Below are positions 29,005-40,425 of a DNA stretch of 64,000 nucleotides, piece after piece (the first letter of the stretch is position 1; each line of letters begins with the position of its first letter). Source of the stretch: Candidatus Latescibacterota bacterium (GTDB lineage Bacteria > Latescibacterota > UBA2968 > UBA8231); the NCBI GenBank assembly GCA_965219385.1, contig CBDCNM010000002.1, forward strand, positions 3,234,305-3,298,304, given 5' to 3'. A program made the position numbers and the translations under genes. The notes under the pieces are model-generated. The model searched no databases, was not told the DNA's origin, and saw nothing but the letters and a program-made list of their open reading frames with translations.

Positions 29005-29504
29005 CCCCGTCCATACCGGGGCTCCGTCCGACCGCCGGCGCCTGGCGAACGGACGCCACCTGTTCCCTCCGGAAAAATCCTGACGGTGCACCTGATGGCC
29101 GCCGGCAAAACGCTGAGCCGGCAGGTCCTGTTCCACGCCCTCCAAGTCGCCCGGAGAAAATCTCGCGCGGGCGCGCCATCCGGCTTCGGGGCGGTGTCGA
29201 GCGGTCATCCAGCGCCGGATCCATCAGCACCCCTCCGGCCAGGGCGTAGCACAGCAGACGGTCCGGCCCTTTCGCGAATCCCCGTTCTTGCCGTCGAGGA
29301 TCAGAAGCATCAGCTCTTCCGGGAATTTTAAGAAGGCTTCTTAGGAAATGGGGGGGTGAAGCCGGAAAGGCCAACTCCGGTGCTTTTTCTATGCCTACCT
29401 GTTGTTTTCAAGTATATTTAGGGTCGAAAACAGTATCCAATAAAGCTAGGGCTTGACAGACCATACAACCGCCCCATGAGCAGCCAGCAAAGGACGCGAA
29501 CAGG

Positions 29505-31640
29505 ATGACCAACGCGAAGATTCTGATTGTCGAAGAGGATGACGCCGGCGCCGCACACCTCGAAGCATGCCTGAAAAACCTCGGATACACGGTGTGCGGC
29601 GCGGTTTCGTGCGGGCGCGAGGCCCTGGAAAAAGCCGCGCACGCGCGTCCCGACCTGGCCCTGGTCGGTCTTGGGCTCGAAGGGGACGTGCCCGGTCTGG
29701 AAACGGGGGAGCGGATCGGCAGCCGGATCGGCGTTCCGGTGGTCTACCTGACCGGCGAAGCCGGGGAAGACCTGCTGCAACGGGCGCAGGAGACCGCCCC
29801 CTTCGGCTACGTGCCGAGGCCGTTCGACCAGCGCCAGCTGCACCTGACCCTCCTGAGCGCCCTCTCCCTGCACGAGAGGGAAAGCAGGCACCGGGAGACG
29901 GAGACCCGTCTGAAGCGGATCGTCAGGAAATACAAAGGCCTCACCCGGTTCCTGAAGGCCATGTTCGACAGCATGAGCGAGGGCGTGATCGCCTTCGACG
30001 AGAACATGATGCCCTTTTTCTACAATTCGAGCGTGGTGCGGATGGGCGGCGACCCGAGGGAAAAGGACATCCATAAATGGGCCGAAAAATACGGCATCTT
30101 CAAACCCGGTGGAAAAACGCTTTTCACCGTGGAGGATCTGCCGCTGATCCCTGCCCTGAAAGGCAAGGCCCCCGACGAGATCGAGCTGTTCATACGCAAC
30201 GAGCAGAAGCCGGAAGGCTTTCATCTCAGCCTCCGCTGCAGTCCCCTGCCGGAGGGGGCGGATGTTGCGAAGGGGGCCCTGATGGTGGGCCGCGACGTCA
30301 CCCGGGTCAAGCGGGCCGAGGCTGAGCTGGAAAAGACCATGGGGGACCTGCGCTACCAGAGCGAGCTCATGGAGACCACCTTCAAGAGCATCAGCGACGG
30401 CATCGTCGTCGCCGACGCCGCGGGGAAGTTCCTCTACGTCAATCCCGCCGCCGAGCAGATCGTCGGCATGGGCATAAAGGACGGGCCGCCGGAGGAGTGG
30501 GCCGGAAAATATGGTGTTTGCCATCCCGACCGGAAAACACCGATGAAGACGGAGGATCTGCCGCTGGTCCGCGCCATCCACCGCGGCGAATCGGTGGACG
30601 AGGAGGACATGTTCATCCGCAATCCGAAGAAGCCGAACGGCGTCTACATCCGGGTGAGCGCGCGGCCGCTGCTCGACCCCATCGGCGGGATCCGGGGCGG
30701 GGTGACCATCTTCCGCGACGTCACCCGGCGCAGACTCGCCGAGGAGGCCCTGGCGCGGGCCTTCGCCCAGGGCCGGTCGGAGATCGTCGATACCGTTCTC
30801 CACAACATCGGCAACGCCATCAACAGCGTCACCACGGGCATCGAGACCGTGCGCCGAAGCCTGGTGAAAGACCCGGTCGGCCGCCGTCTCTCCGCCCTGG
30901 CCGCAGCGGTGCAGGAGCACCGGGAGGACTGGCTCGACTACATCGCCAACGACCCGCAGGGCCGCAAGGTGATGCCCTTCATCGTCGAGCTCGCCGAAAG
31001 CTCTTCGAGGCGCAACGAGGAGCTGATGAAGACGGTGGGCCGCGTCCGCGACCGGGCCAACCACATCGCCGACATCGTCCGCACCCAGAAGGGGCGGGCC
31101 GGTCCCGGCAGCATGGCTCGCAAGGACATCGACCTCCACGAGGCGCTCTCGGGCGCCGTCAGGGTGTTGCGGGACTCGCTCAACCAGAGGGGCATCCAGG
31201 TCGCCATCGAGTGCGACGGCGCGCCCCAGCGGATCCGCATCGAGGAGAGCCAGTTTCACCAGATGCTGGTCAACCTGGTCAAGAATTCCCTCGAAGCCAT
31301 CGACGATCTCGCCGCGGCGCAGGGACTCGACGACACCCAGGGACTCGACGACACCCCCCTCATCCGGATCAGGGCCCGCGCCGGGGAGGAATCCCTCGAC
31401 CTCGAGGTGGCCGACAATGGCATCGGCATCGGCAACAAGGACACCAGGGAGCTTTTCTCCCCCGGCTACACGACGAAAAGGTCGGGGAGCGGGCTCGGCC
31501 TCCATTCGGCGGCCAATTTCGTCATTGGCCTCGGAGGGCGCATTCAGCCCTTGAGCGCGGGCACCGGAAAGGGAACGACCATGCGCGTGACGCTGCCGCT
31601 TTCCTCGATCGCCCCCCACCCGACAGCGGGAACCGATTAG
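29505..31640 (+). CDS. Soluble histidine kinase REC-PAS-PAS-HisKA-HATPase
   Basis: N-terminal receiver-like domain, two PAS domains, H-box [11 protein letters not shown]-box NLVKNS, DNGIGI, GSGLGL; no TM segment. Confidence 0.92.
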   Translation: MTNAKILIVEEDDAGAAHLEACLKNLGYTVCGAVSCGREALEKAAHARPDLALVGLGLEGDVPGLETGERIGSRIGVPVVYLTGEAGEDLLQRAQETAPFGYVPRPFDQRQLHLTLLSALSLHERESRHRETETRLKRIVRKYKGLTRFLKAMFDSMSEGVIAFDENMMPFFYNSSVVRMGGDPREKDIHKWAEKYGIFKPGGKTLFTVEDLPLIPALKGKAPDEIELFIRNEQKPEGFHLSLRCSPLPEGADVAKGALMVGRDVTRVKRAEAELEKTMGDLRYQSELMETTFKSISDGIVVADAAGKFLYVNPAAEQIVGMGIKDGPPEEWAGKYGVCHPDRKTPMKTEDLPLVRAIHRGESVDEEDMFIRNPKKPNGVYIRVSARPLLDPIGGIRGGVTIFRDVTRRRLAEEALARAFAQGRSEIVDTVLHNIGNAINSVTTGIETVRRSLVKDPVGRRLSALAAAVQEHREDWLDYIANDPQGRKVMPFIVELAESSSRRNEELMKTVGRVRDRANHIADIVRTQKGRAGPGSMARKDIDLHEALSGAVRVLRDSLNQRGIQVAIECDGAPQRIRIEESQFHQMLVNLVKNSLEAIDDLAAAQGLDDTQGLDDTPLIRIRARAGEESLDLEVADNGIGIGNKDTRELFSPGYTTKRSGSGLGLHSAANFVIGLGGRIQPLSAGTGKGTTMRVTLPLSSIAPHPTAGTD

Positions 31641-31834
31641 CTGGAAACCGGTCCGCTGCGCCCGTTGCCGGCCCTTCGCGACCGCCCCCCCGCCGGACCA
31701 TCCACCCCCGTCCCGCCACCCCCGCTCATGCGACTCCGCCGCTGCGGCGAACCCTCGTCAGCGGGTCCTTCTCCCCGGCGCGGATCGGGGATGTGATTCC
31801 CCCCCGGCCGCTGCGCCCGAACCCACTTCCACTG

Positions 31835-32081
31835 TGTAGCAAAACGCGCCTTGCGTTTCAAATTGCTACACAGCCTCAGTCCCGTCCTCATGTTTTTTCC
31901 ATAACTCCTTCGTAGACATCCAGTTATAGCTTTCGTCAAAACGCAAAAGCGGCGCCCGGCGGCTTGCGACAGAGTCATTTTGAAACACTTCGAGAGAAAA
32001 CCAGTCGTTGCCGAATGGTATTCTAACTCCTTTATCTACAATAAGTTGAGCTTATGACGCGAAAGTGGCACGAATTTTGCA
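31835..32081 (+). promoter_or_regulatory. Sigma54 promoter module: UAS-like sites, IHF-like boxes and -24/-12
   Basis: TGGCAC-GAATT-TTGCA at 32066-32081. TGTAGCAAAACGCGCCTTGCGTTTCAAATTGCTACA at 31835-31870. Two TAACTCCTT...AGTT boxes lie between them. Confidence 0.85.
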
Positions 32082-32217
32082 TACATAACTAAGAAAGAGC
32101 GGCCCGAGTTCCGCGCTGGCGAGGCGGCCGCCCGCCGTGCGCGTGGCCATTGATTCTCGCGGGGACCGCCGCTGCCGCATCGGCCACCGCGAAACGCCCG
32201 GAAAGGACGCCAACGAG

Positions 32218-33537
32218 TTGACCAACGCCAGGATACTGATCGTCGACAACGAATCCGGTGCCGCGCACCTCGAAGAATGCCTGAAATCCCTGGGATACAC
32301 GGTGTGCGCCGCGGTTTCCAGCGGCCGCCGGGCCCTGGAAAGGGTCGCCTCCGCGCGACCCGACCTGGCCCTGGTTGATCTCGGGCTCGAAGGGGAGCCC
32401 ACGGGCCCGGAAACAGGGGAGCGGATCGGCCGCCGGTTCGAGGTTCCCGTGGTCTACCTGACCGGCGAAGCCGGTGGAGAGCTGCTGCGACGGGCGCGGG
32501 CGACCGGCCCGTTCGGCTACCTGCTGAGGCCGTTCGAAAAGGGCCAGTTGCACCTGAGCATCCAGGCCGCCCTCTGCGGATACGAGAGAGAACGCAACGG
32601 GCACGGCGGCGGGGTGACCATCTTCCGCGACGTCACCCGGCGCAGACTCGCCGAGGAGGCCCTGGCGCGGGCCTTCGCCCAGGGCCGGTCGGAGATCGTC
32701 GATACCATTCTCCACAACATCGGCAACGCCATCAACAGCGTCGCCACGGGCATCGAGACCGTGCGCCGAAGCCTGGTGAACGACCCGGGCGGCCGCCGTC
32801 TGCTGGCGCTGGCCGCGGCGGTGCAGGAGCACCGGGAGGACTGGCTCGACTACATCGCCAACGACCCGCAGGGCCGCAAGGTGATGCCCTTCATCGTCGA
32901 GCTCGCCGAAAGCTCTTCCCGGCGCAACGAGGAGCTGATGAAGACGGTGGGCCGCGTCCGCGACCGGGCCAACCATATCGCCGACATCGTCCGCACCCAG
33001 AAAGCCCTCGCCGGCCCCGGCCTGGCTCGCAAGGACGTCGACTTGCACGAGGCGCTCTCGGGCGCCGTCAGGGTGTTGCGGGATTCGCTCAACCAGAGGG
33101 GCATCCAGGTCGCCATCGAGTGCGACGGCGCGCCCCAGCGGATCCGCATCGAGGAGAGCCAGTTTCACCAGATGCTGGTCAACCTGGTCAAGAATTCCCT
33201 CGAAGCCATCAACGATCTCGCCGCGGCGCAGGGACTCGACGAAACCCCCCTTATCCGGATCAGGGCCCGCGCCGGGGAGGAATCCCTCGACCTCGAGGTG
33301 GCCGACAACGGCATCGGCATCGGCAACAAGGACACCAGGGAGCTTTTCTCCCCCGGCTACACGACGAAAGAGTCGGGGAGCGGGCTCGGCCTCCATTCGG
33401 CCGCCAATTTCGTCATTGGCCTCGGAGGGCGCATTCAGCCCTTGAGCGAAGGCACCGGAAAGGGAACGACCATGCGCGTGACGCTGCCGCTTTCCTCGGT
33501 CGCCCCCCAGGCAACGGCGGGAGAACGGCAGCAATAA
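32218..33537 (+). CDS. Histidine kinase REC-HisKA-HATPase, PAS-less paralog of 29505-31640
   Basis: The TTG start aligns with the paralog's ATG; the kinase core is nearly identical at DNA level. Confidence 0.88.
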   Translation: MTNARILIVDNESGAAHLEECLKSLGYTVCAAVSSGRRALERVASARPDLALVDLGLEGEPTGPETGERIGRRFEVPVVYLTGEAGGELLRRARATGPFGYLLRPFEKGQLHLSIQAALCGYERERNGHGGGVTIFRDVTRRRLAEEALARAFAQGRSEIVDTILHNIGNAINSVATGIETVRRSLVNDPGGRRLLALAAAVQEHREDWLDYIANDPQGRKVMPFIVELAESSSRRNEELMKTVGRVRDRANHIADIVRTQKALAGPGLARKDVDLHEALSGAVRVLRDSLNQRGIQVAIECDGAPQRIRIEESQFHQMLVNLVKNSLEAINDLAAAQGLDETPLIRIRARAGEESLDLEVADNGIGIGNKDTRELFSPGYTTKESGSGLGLHSAANFVIGLGGRIQPLSEGTGKGTTMRVTLPLSSVAPQATAGERQQ

Positions 33538-33560
33538 CCAACAGAGAGGGTGGTTCAGGA

Positions 33561-35441
<1,881 letters not shown>

Positions 35442-35458
35442 GCCGGGCGCCGGCGGCC

Positions 35459-35800
35459 GTCAATCGGTCTTCACAGAAAGGAGAGGTTGCCATGAGCTTG
35501 AAGCGGCATTCACACGTCAATCGGTCTTCACAGAAAGGAGAGGTTGCCATGAGCTTGAAGCGGCATTCACACGTCAATCGGTCTTCACAGAAAGGAGAGG
35601 TTGCCATGAGCTTGAAGCGGCATTCACACGTCAATCGGTCTTCACAGAAAGGAGAGGTTGCCATGAGCTTGAAGCGGCATTCACACGTCAATCGGTCTTC
35701 ACAGAAAGGAGAGGTTGCCATGAGCTTGAAGCGGCATTCACACGTCAATCGGTCTTCACAGAAAGGAGAGGTTGCCATGAGCTTGAAGCGGCATTCACAC
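35459..35800 (+). repeat. Six perfect 57-bp tandem repeats, each with an RBS and an in-frame ATG
   Basis: Unit GTCAATCGGTCTTCACAGAAAGGAGAGGTTGCCATGAGCTTGAAGCGGCATTCACAC; ATGs at 35492, 35549, 35606, 35663, 35720 and 35777. Confidence 0.97.
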
Positions 35801-37609
35801 GCTGGGTTTCGGCGTACACCTTTAAAGAACAGGAGGGCCAGGATGTTGAAGAGAACCGGAATACTCTGTTGGAAGAAGCTGCGCTTGCCCGCGGCCGCGC
35901 CGCGGTCCGGGATGTCGAGGGGGGCCGTGCTGGCGGGCGCCGCCTTCGTCCTCTCCTCGATAGCCGGCGCCGCCTTCGCTCAATCGGCCGGAGACGACCC
36001 CGTGAACGTCTGCGACCGCACCTCCCAGGTGCGCGAGGCGATTCTCGCCAGGCTGTCCGGGGTCGATGACTGCGCCGAGGTCACCGCCGCGAACCTCCGC
36101 AGCATTGATGGCGAGATGAATCTCCACGACAAGGGCATCACTGCCCTCAAGTCCGGGGACTTCTCCGGAATGAACCGGCTGGAATTCCTGAAGCTGTCCG
36201 GGAATGAGCTGAGCACCCTCCCGGCCGGCGTGTTCGACGGCCTTTCCGCGGTGCGCGAGCTGTCCCTGCAGACCAACGACCTGACCTCGCTGCCCGACGG
36301 CGCCTTCCGGGGCCTCACCGGGCCGCTGTGGATCAAGCTGGACAATAACGAATTCAGCGCCTTTCCAGCGGAAGCGCTGGACGACCTCGGCCCCAACCTC
36401 ACGGGCCTCTACCTGGGCTACAACGACATCGCCTCGCTGCCCGCCGGCGCCTTCGAGGATTTCGAGCAGCTCAGGACGATCAACCTGGAGAACAACGACC
36501 TGACCTCGCTGCCCGGCGGCATCTTCGACGACCTCGGCACCCTGAAATACCTGTACCTCGGCAGCAACGACATCGCCTCGCTGTCCGCCGGCGTCTTCGA
36601 CGACCTCGGCGGTCTCCTGAAGCTGTATCTCACCAACAACGAGCTGACCGCCCTGCCCGGTGGCGTCTTCGACCATCTCGACGATCTGGAAGACCTGGAC
36701 CTGGGCGACAACGAGCTGACCTCGCTGCCGGACGGCGTATTCGACGACCTGGAAGACCTGAAGAGGTTGTACCTGAAAGGCAACGACCTAACCGCCCTGC
36801 CGGACGGTGTGTTCGAGGGCCTCTCGAAGCTGACCCGGCTGTTCCTGGATGGCTTCACCTTGATCCCCGGGCTGCTGCTGGCGGACGAGGGCGTCGCGGT
36901 GAGGGTCGCGGAGGGCGCGCCCTTTGCGATGGACGTGACCCTGTCGGCGGAGGGCGCCGGTCTGGCAAGCACGGCGGCAACCATCCCGGCCGGCGCCACA
37001 ACCAGCGGGGCGATTGCCGTTACGCTGAGCGGCGGGGGGTCGGCGCGGGGCACGATCACGGTGGAGTCAGCCGCGTTCCCAAGCGACCTGGACCCGGACC
37101 ACTACGAGGGCCTTGCGATCCACGCCGGCGCCGGCCTGATCCTGACGCGGGGATCCGGGGGACTGCAAGGGGAAACGGTGCCGGCGCCGGAACTCCCGCC
37201 GGATCCCGACGAGGACACGACTCTGTCCGTTATCACCTCGATCGCCTTCACCAGCGATCCGGGGCAGGACGACACCTACGCCGCCGGCAACTTGATCGAG
37301 GTGACGGTGACCTTCAGCGAGGAGGTGCGCGTGACCGGAAGGCCGCAACTGGAGCTGGACTTCGACGGCGTGGCCAAAGTGGCGACGTACCGCGGTGGAA
37401 CGGCCACAACGGCGGTCTTCAGATACCGGGTGAGGGAGGCCGACACGGACGCCGACGGCATCGCCATCGGCGCGAACAAGCTGAGCCTGGACCGCGCCTC
37501 CATCTGGGACATGGGCGTGCCCGGGAACAGGGCCGACGTGACCCACGACGCGGTGCCCGCCGACCCCGGCCACAAGGTGAGCGCTCCGAACCGAATCGGC
37601 GGGCTGTAA
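35492..37609 (+). CDS. Secreted leucine-rich repeat protein with a C-terminal Ig-like domain, ending -GGL
   Basis: Signal peptide ...AFAQ, VCDRTSQVREAIL cap, 24-aa LRRs (L.L..N.LT.LP.GVFD.L). The start could be any of the six ATGs. Confidence 0.9.
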   Translation: MSLKRHSHVNRSSQKGEVAMSLKRHSHVNRSSQKGEVAMSLKRHSHVNRSSQKGEVAMSLKRHSHVNRSSQKGEVAMSLKRHSHVNRSSQKGEVAMSLKRHSHAGFRRTPLKNRRARMLKRTGILCWKKLRLPAAAPRSGMSRGAVLAGAAFVLSSIAGAAFAQSAGDDPVNVCDRTSQVREAILARLSGVDDCAEVTAANLRSIDGEMNLHDKGITALKSGDFSGMNRLEFLKLSGNELSTLPAGVFDGLSAVRELSLQTNDLTSLPDGAFRGLTGPLWIKLDNNEFSAFPAEALDDLGPNLTGLYLGYNDIASLPAGAFEDFEQLRTINLENNDLTSLPGGIFDDLGTLKYLYLGSNDIASLSAGVFDDLGGLLKLYLTNNELTALPGGVFDHLDDLEDLDLGDNELTSLPDGVFDDLEDLKRLYLKGNDLTALPDGVFEGLSKLTRLFLDGFTLIPGLLLADEGVAVRVAEGAPFAMDVTLSAEGAGLASTAATIPAGATTSGAIAVTLSGGGSARGTITVESAAFPSDLDPDHYEGLAIHAGAGLILTRGSGGLQGETVPAPELPPDPDEDTTLSVITSIAFTSDPGQDDTYAAGNLIEVTVTFSEEVRVTGRPQLELDFDGVAKVATYRGGTATTAVFRYRVREADTDADGIAIGANKLSLDRASIWDMGVPGNRADVTHDAVPADPGHKVSAPNRIGGL

Positions 37610-37694
37610 AGGCAGCAAGCCGTCAAGGCGCCGGCGAGGCGTCCCGTAAGGAATCGCTTCTTCATCTTCAACCTGCTCGAAAGGAGCAAATCAC

Positions 37695-38600
37695 ATGGCA
37701 CATCGAAAATCGATCAAACAGTCGATCGCGGCGCTGGCGGTCCTGGCCCCCGTGCTGCTGGCCGCCTGCGGAGACAAAGGCCGGGACACCGCCAGCGGGC
37801 CGTCGCGCGACCAAGCGGAGGCGCCCTCTCCGGCCGTTTCGGCGCAGGCCGAGAACACCCGGTCCTTCGTCGACGCCGCCATCGCCCGCTACGAGTCGGA
37901 AGGTCTCGAAGCCACCCTGGCCTACTACAACCGGGAGGAGAGCGTCGAGGGCCAGTGGTACGTGTTCGTCATCGACGCCAACGACCTGGTCATCGCCCAT
38001 CCCGACTCCGGCCGCCTGGGGCTGGACCTGAAGGGCTGGGTCGGGATCGACGCCAACGGCTACCACTTCGGGCCGGAGATGCTGTCGGCCACGGAGGAGG
38101 GCAAGTGGGTCTCCTACGTCTACCAGAACCCCGAAAACGGGCGCATCGGCTCGGGAGATTTCAGCGACCTGGAACTCAAGAACGCCTGGGTGGCGCGGCG
38201 CGACGGGCTGCTGTTCGCCTCGGGCTGGTACATCGACGCCGACGAGTTCACCAAGTCCCTGGTGGCCACCGCCGCGCGCGTGTTCGGTGAAGTAGGGCTG
38301 GAGGGGACCATCGCCTACTTCGCCAGCCCCGAGATTGCTTTTGGGGGACTGGCTGCGGTCATCGCCTACTACAACAGCGCCGAAAACGTTGAAGGGGAGT
38401 GGTTCGCGTTCATAGCCGACGAAAGCGGCACGATCATAGACCACTACCGCAAGGAGATGGTTGGAAAGAGCCTTGAAGAGGTGCTCGGCACGGATGTCGA
38501 GGCCACCGCAGAAGGCAACTGGGTGACCACGGAAGACGTGCGCGTCTGGGTCCTCGGCCAGGACGGGATGACCTTCGGCTCCGGCTGGCGCCGGCACTGA
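37695..38600 (+). CDS. Lipoprotein with tandem Cache-like domains
   Basis: Lipobox LAAC; WYVFVID...IAHP...GKWVSYVYQNP...FASGWY and a second related repeat. Confidence 0.8.
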   Translation: MAHRKSIKQSIAALAVLAPVLLAACGDKGRDTASGPSRDQAEAPSPAVSAQAENTRSFVDAAIARYESEGLEATLAYYNREESVEGQWYVFVIDANDLVIAHPDSGRLGLDLKGWVGIDANGYHFGPEMLSATEEGKWVSYVYQNPENGRIGSGDFSDLELKNAWVARRDGLLFASGWYIDADEFTKSLVATAARVFGEVGLEGTIAYFASPEIAFGGLAAVIAYYNSAENVEGEWFAFIADESGTIIDHYRKEMVGKSLEEVLGTDVEATAEGNWVTTEDVRVWVLGQDGMTFGSGWRRH

Positions 38601-38728
38601 CCGGCATCCGGGTGACCGGAGGCAGGTTCCGTGGAATTTGCGATTACCGGACCGTGGATCGTCGCCGTCCTCGCGGCGGCGGCGGTTCGCGACCGGCCTT
38701 CATGAAAGGAAAAGGAGAAGCCGCGGCC

Positions 38729-40101
38729 ATGACTCGCACCGATAGACGACGATTCCCCAACCTGTTCGCCGCCATCTCGACTGTGGCCCTGCCGGCGGCG
38801 GTCCTGTTGGCGGCCTGCAATGACGCGGTGTCAGCCCAGACGGACGGCACGGGCATCTGCGACCGGACCCGGCAGGTGGGCGCGACGCGATTCTCGACAA
38901 GCTCGACAACATCGACTGCTCGGCTGTGACGGCCACGCATCTGTCCGGCATCGCGGGGGGACTCGGCCTCAATGCCAAGGGCATCGAAACCCTGCAGGCA
39001 TCGGATTTCCAGGGCCTCTCCGGTCTCGAAAGGCTGTACCTGGAAAGCAACAGCCTGGAAACGCTGCCCGCTGGCGTGTTCGATGGGCTCACCAGTCTGA
39101 CCGAGTTGTACCTGCTGCGCAACGATCTCGACTCCCTGCCGGCTGATGTCTTCGGGGACCTCGCGAATCTCAACTGGCTCTATCTGAACTTCAACGAGTT
39201 GCAGACGCTGCCCGACGGTCTGTTCGACGGGCTCGCGAATCTGACCTGGCTGGGTCTGAACGGCAATGGCCTGAATTCTCTGCCGGACGGCGTCTTCGAC
39301 GACCTCTCCAAGCTCGGGCAGTTGTACCTGAACGACAATGATCTGACCGCTCTGCCCGACGGGGTCTTCGGCAAACTTTCGAGCCTGGTGATACTGAACT
39401 TGAGCGGCAACGGTCTGAACTCGCTTCCCGACGACGTATTCAAGGGGGTGACCGGCCTGGGGTCGCTCGGCCTGTACGGCAATCCCGGTTCGCCGTTCAC
39501 CATCACCGCGGAGTTGGAGCAGCGGGATGACGGTGTTGTGGTCAAGGTCGCCGAGGGAGCGCCGTTCGGTATGACGGCCTCTCTGTCGGTTCAAGGAGGC
39601 ACACTCTCCACCACGACCGCCGAGATCGCCGCAGGCGCCACCGAGAGCGCGGTCGTACCTGTAACCCGCGGCGCGAGCGGCAGCACGGTGAGCGTGGAGT
39701 CGGTCGCTTTCGTGGTCAGCGATGAGGTGCACTTCGGAATCCAGGCAGGAACCGGAGAGAGTTTGACCCTTGCGCCCGCAGGGACGGATGGAGCAGGCGG
39801 GAACACAGCGGCCACGGGTTTGCCGACCATCAGCGGCACGGCGCAGGTGAGTCGGACTCTGACAGTCGACACGTCGGGGATCGCCGATGCCGACGGGCTT
39901 TCCAACGTCACCTTCCGTTACCAGTGGCTGTCCACCAGGGACGCCGAAATCGACGGGGCGACGAGTTCGACCTACACGGTCCAGGAGTCCGACAACGGCA
40001 AGACCATCAAGGTGCGCGTGACCTTCACCGACGACGCCGGCAACGAGGAGTCGTTGACCAGCGCGGCGACGGCGGAGGTGGTGATGGTGGGGGGGCTGTG
40101 A
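38729..40101 (+). pseudogene. LRR lipoprotein with a C-terminal Ig-like domain, ending -GGL; frameshift at about 38879
   Basis: MTRTDRRRF...LLAAC...ICDRTRQV; two extra G's interrupt QV-RDAIL, and the LRRs continue in the 38926 frame. Confidence 0.8.
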
Positions 40102-40374
40102 ACGGCGCCGGGACTGAGCGGAATCCGGGTGACCGGATGCAGTTCTGCGGCACCCGGACTGAGGAGGATAAAACTAAAGTTCAGAAGTTAAGCGGCCGCC
40201 GCCGCGGTGACGACGGCAAAGCGGATGAGCGGCGTCCCGAACCCATGCACAAACACAAGGAGGAACGACCATGACTCGCACCGATAGAAAAGGAGACGTT
40301 CCCATGCATATGCATTTGCAATCGACCGGCCACCGGCCGGAACGGGCAATCGCCCCCGGCACAAATGTTCACTA

Positions 40375-40394
40375 CCCCCCCCCCCCCCCCCCCC
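40375..40394 (+). repeat. Poly-C tract (C20) between an RBS/ATG and the signal-peptide coding sequence
   Basis: Counted directly. Confidence 0.95.
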
Positions 40395-40425
40395 GATTTT
40401 TCGGGCTCGCGACGGAGCCGCGGCT

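Noticed and set aside
35459..35800. Possible CRISPR array
   Set aside because: The units are contiguous and identical with no unique spacers, and no cas genes are present.
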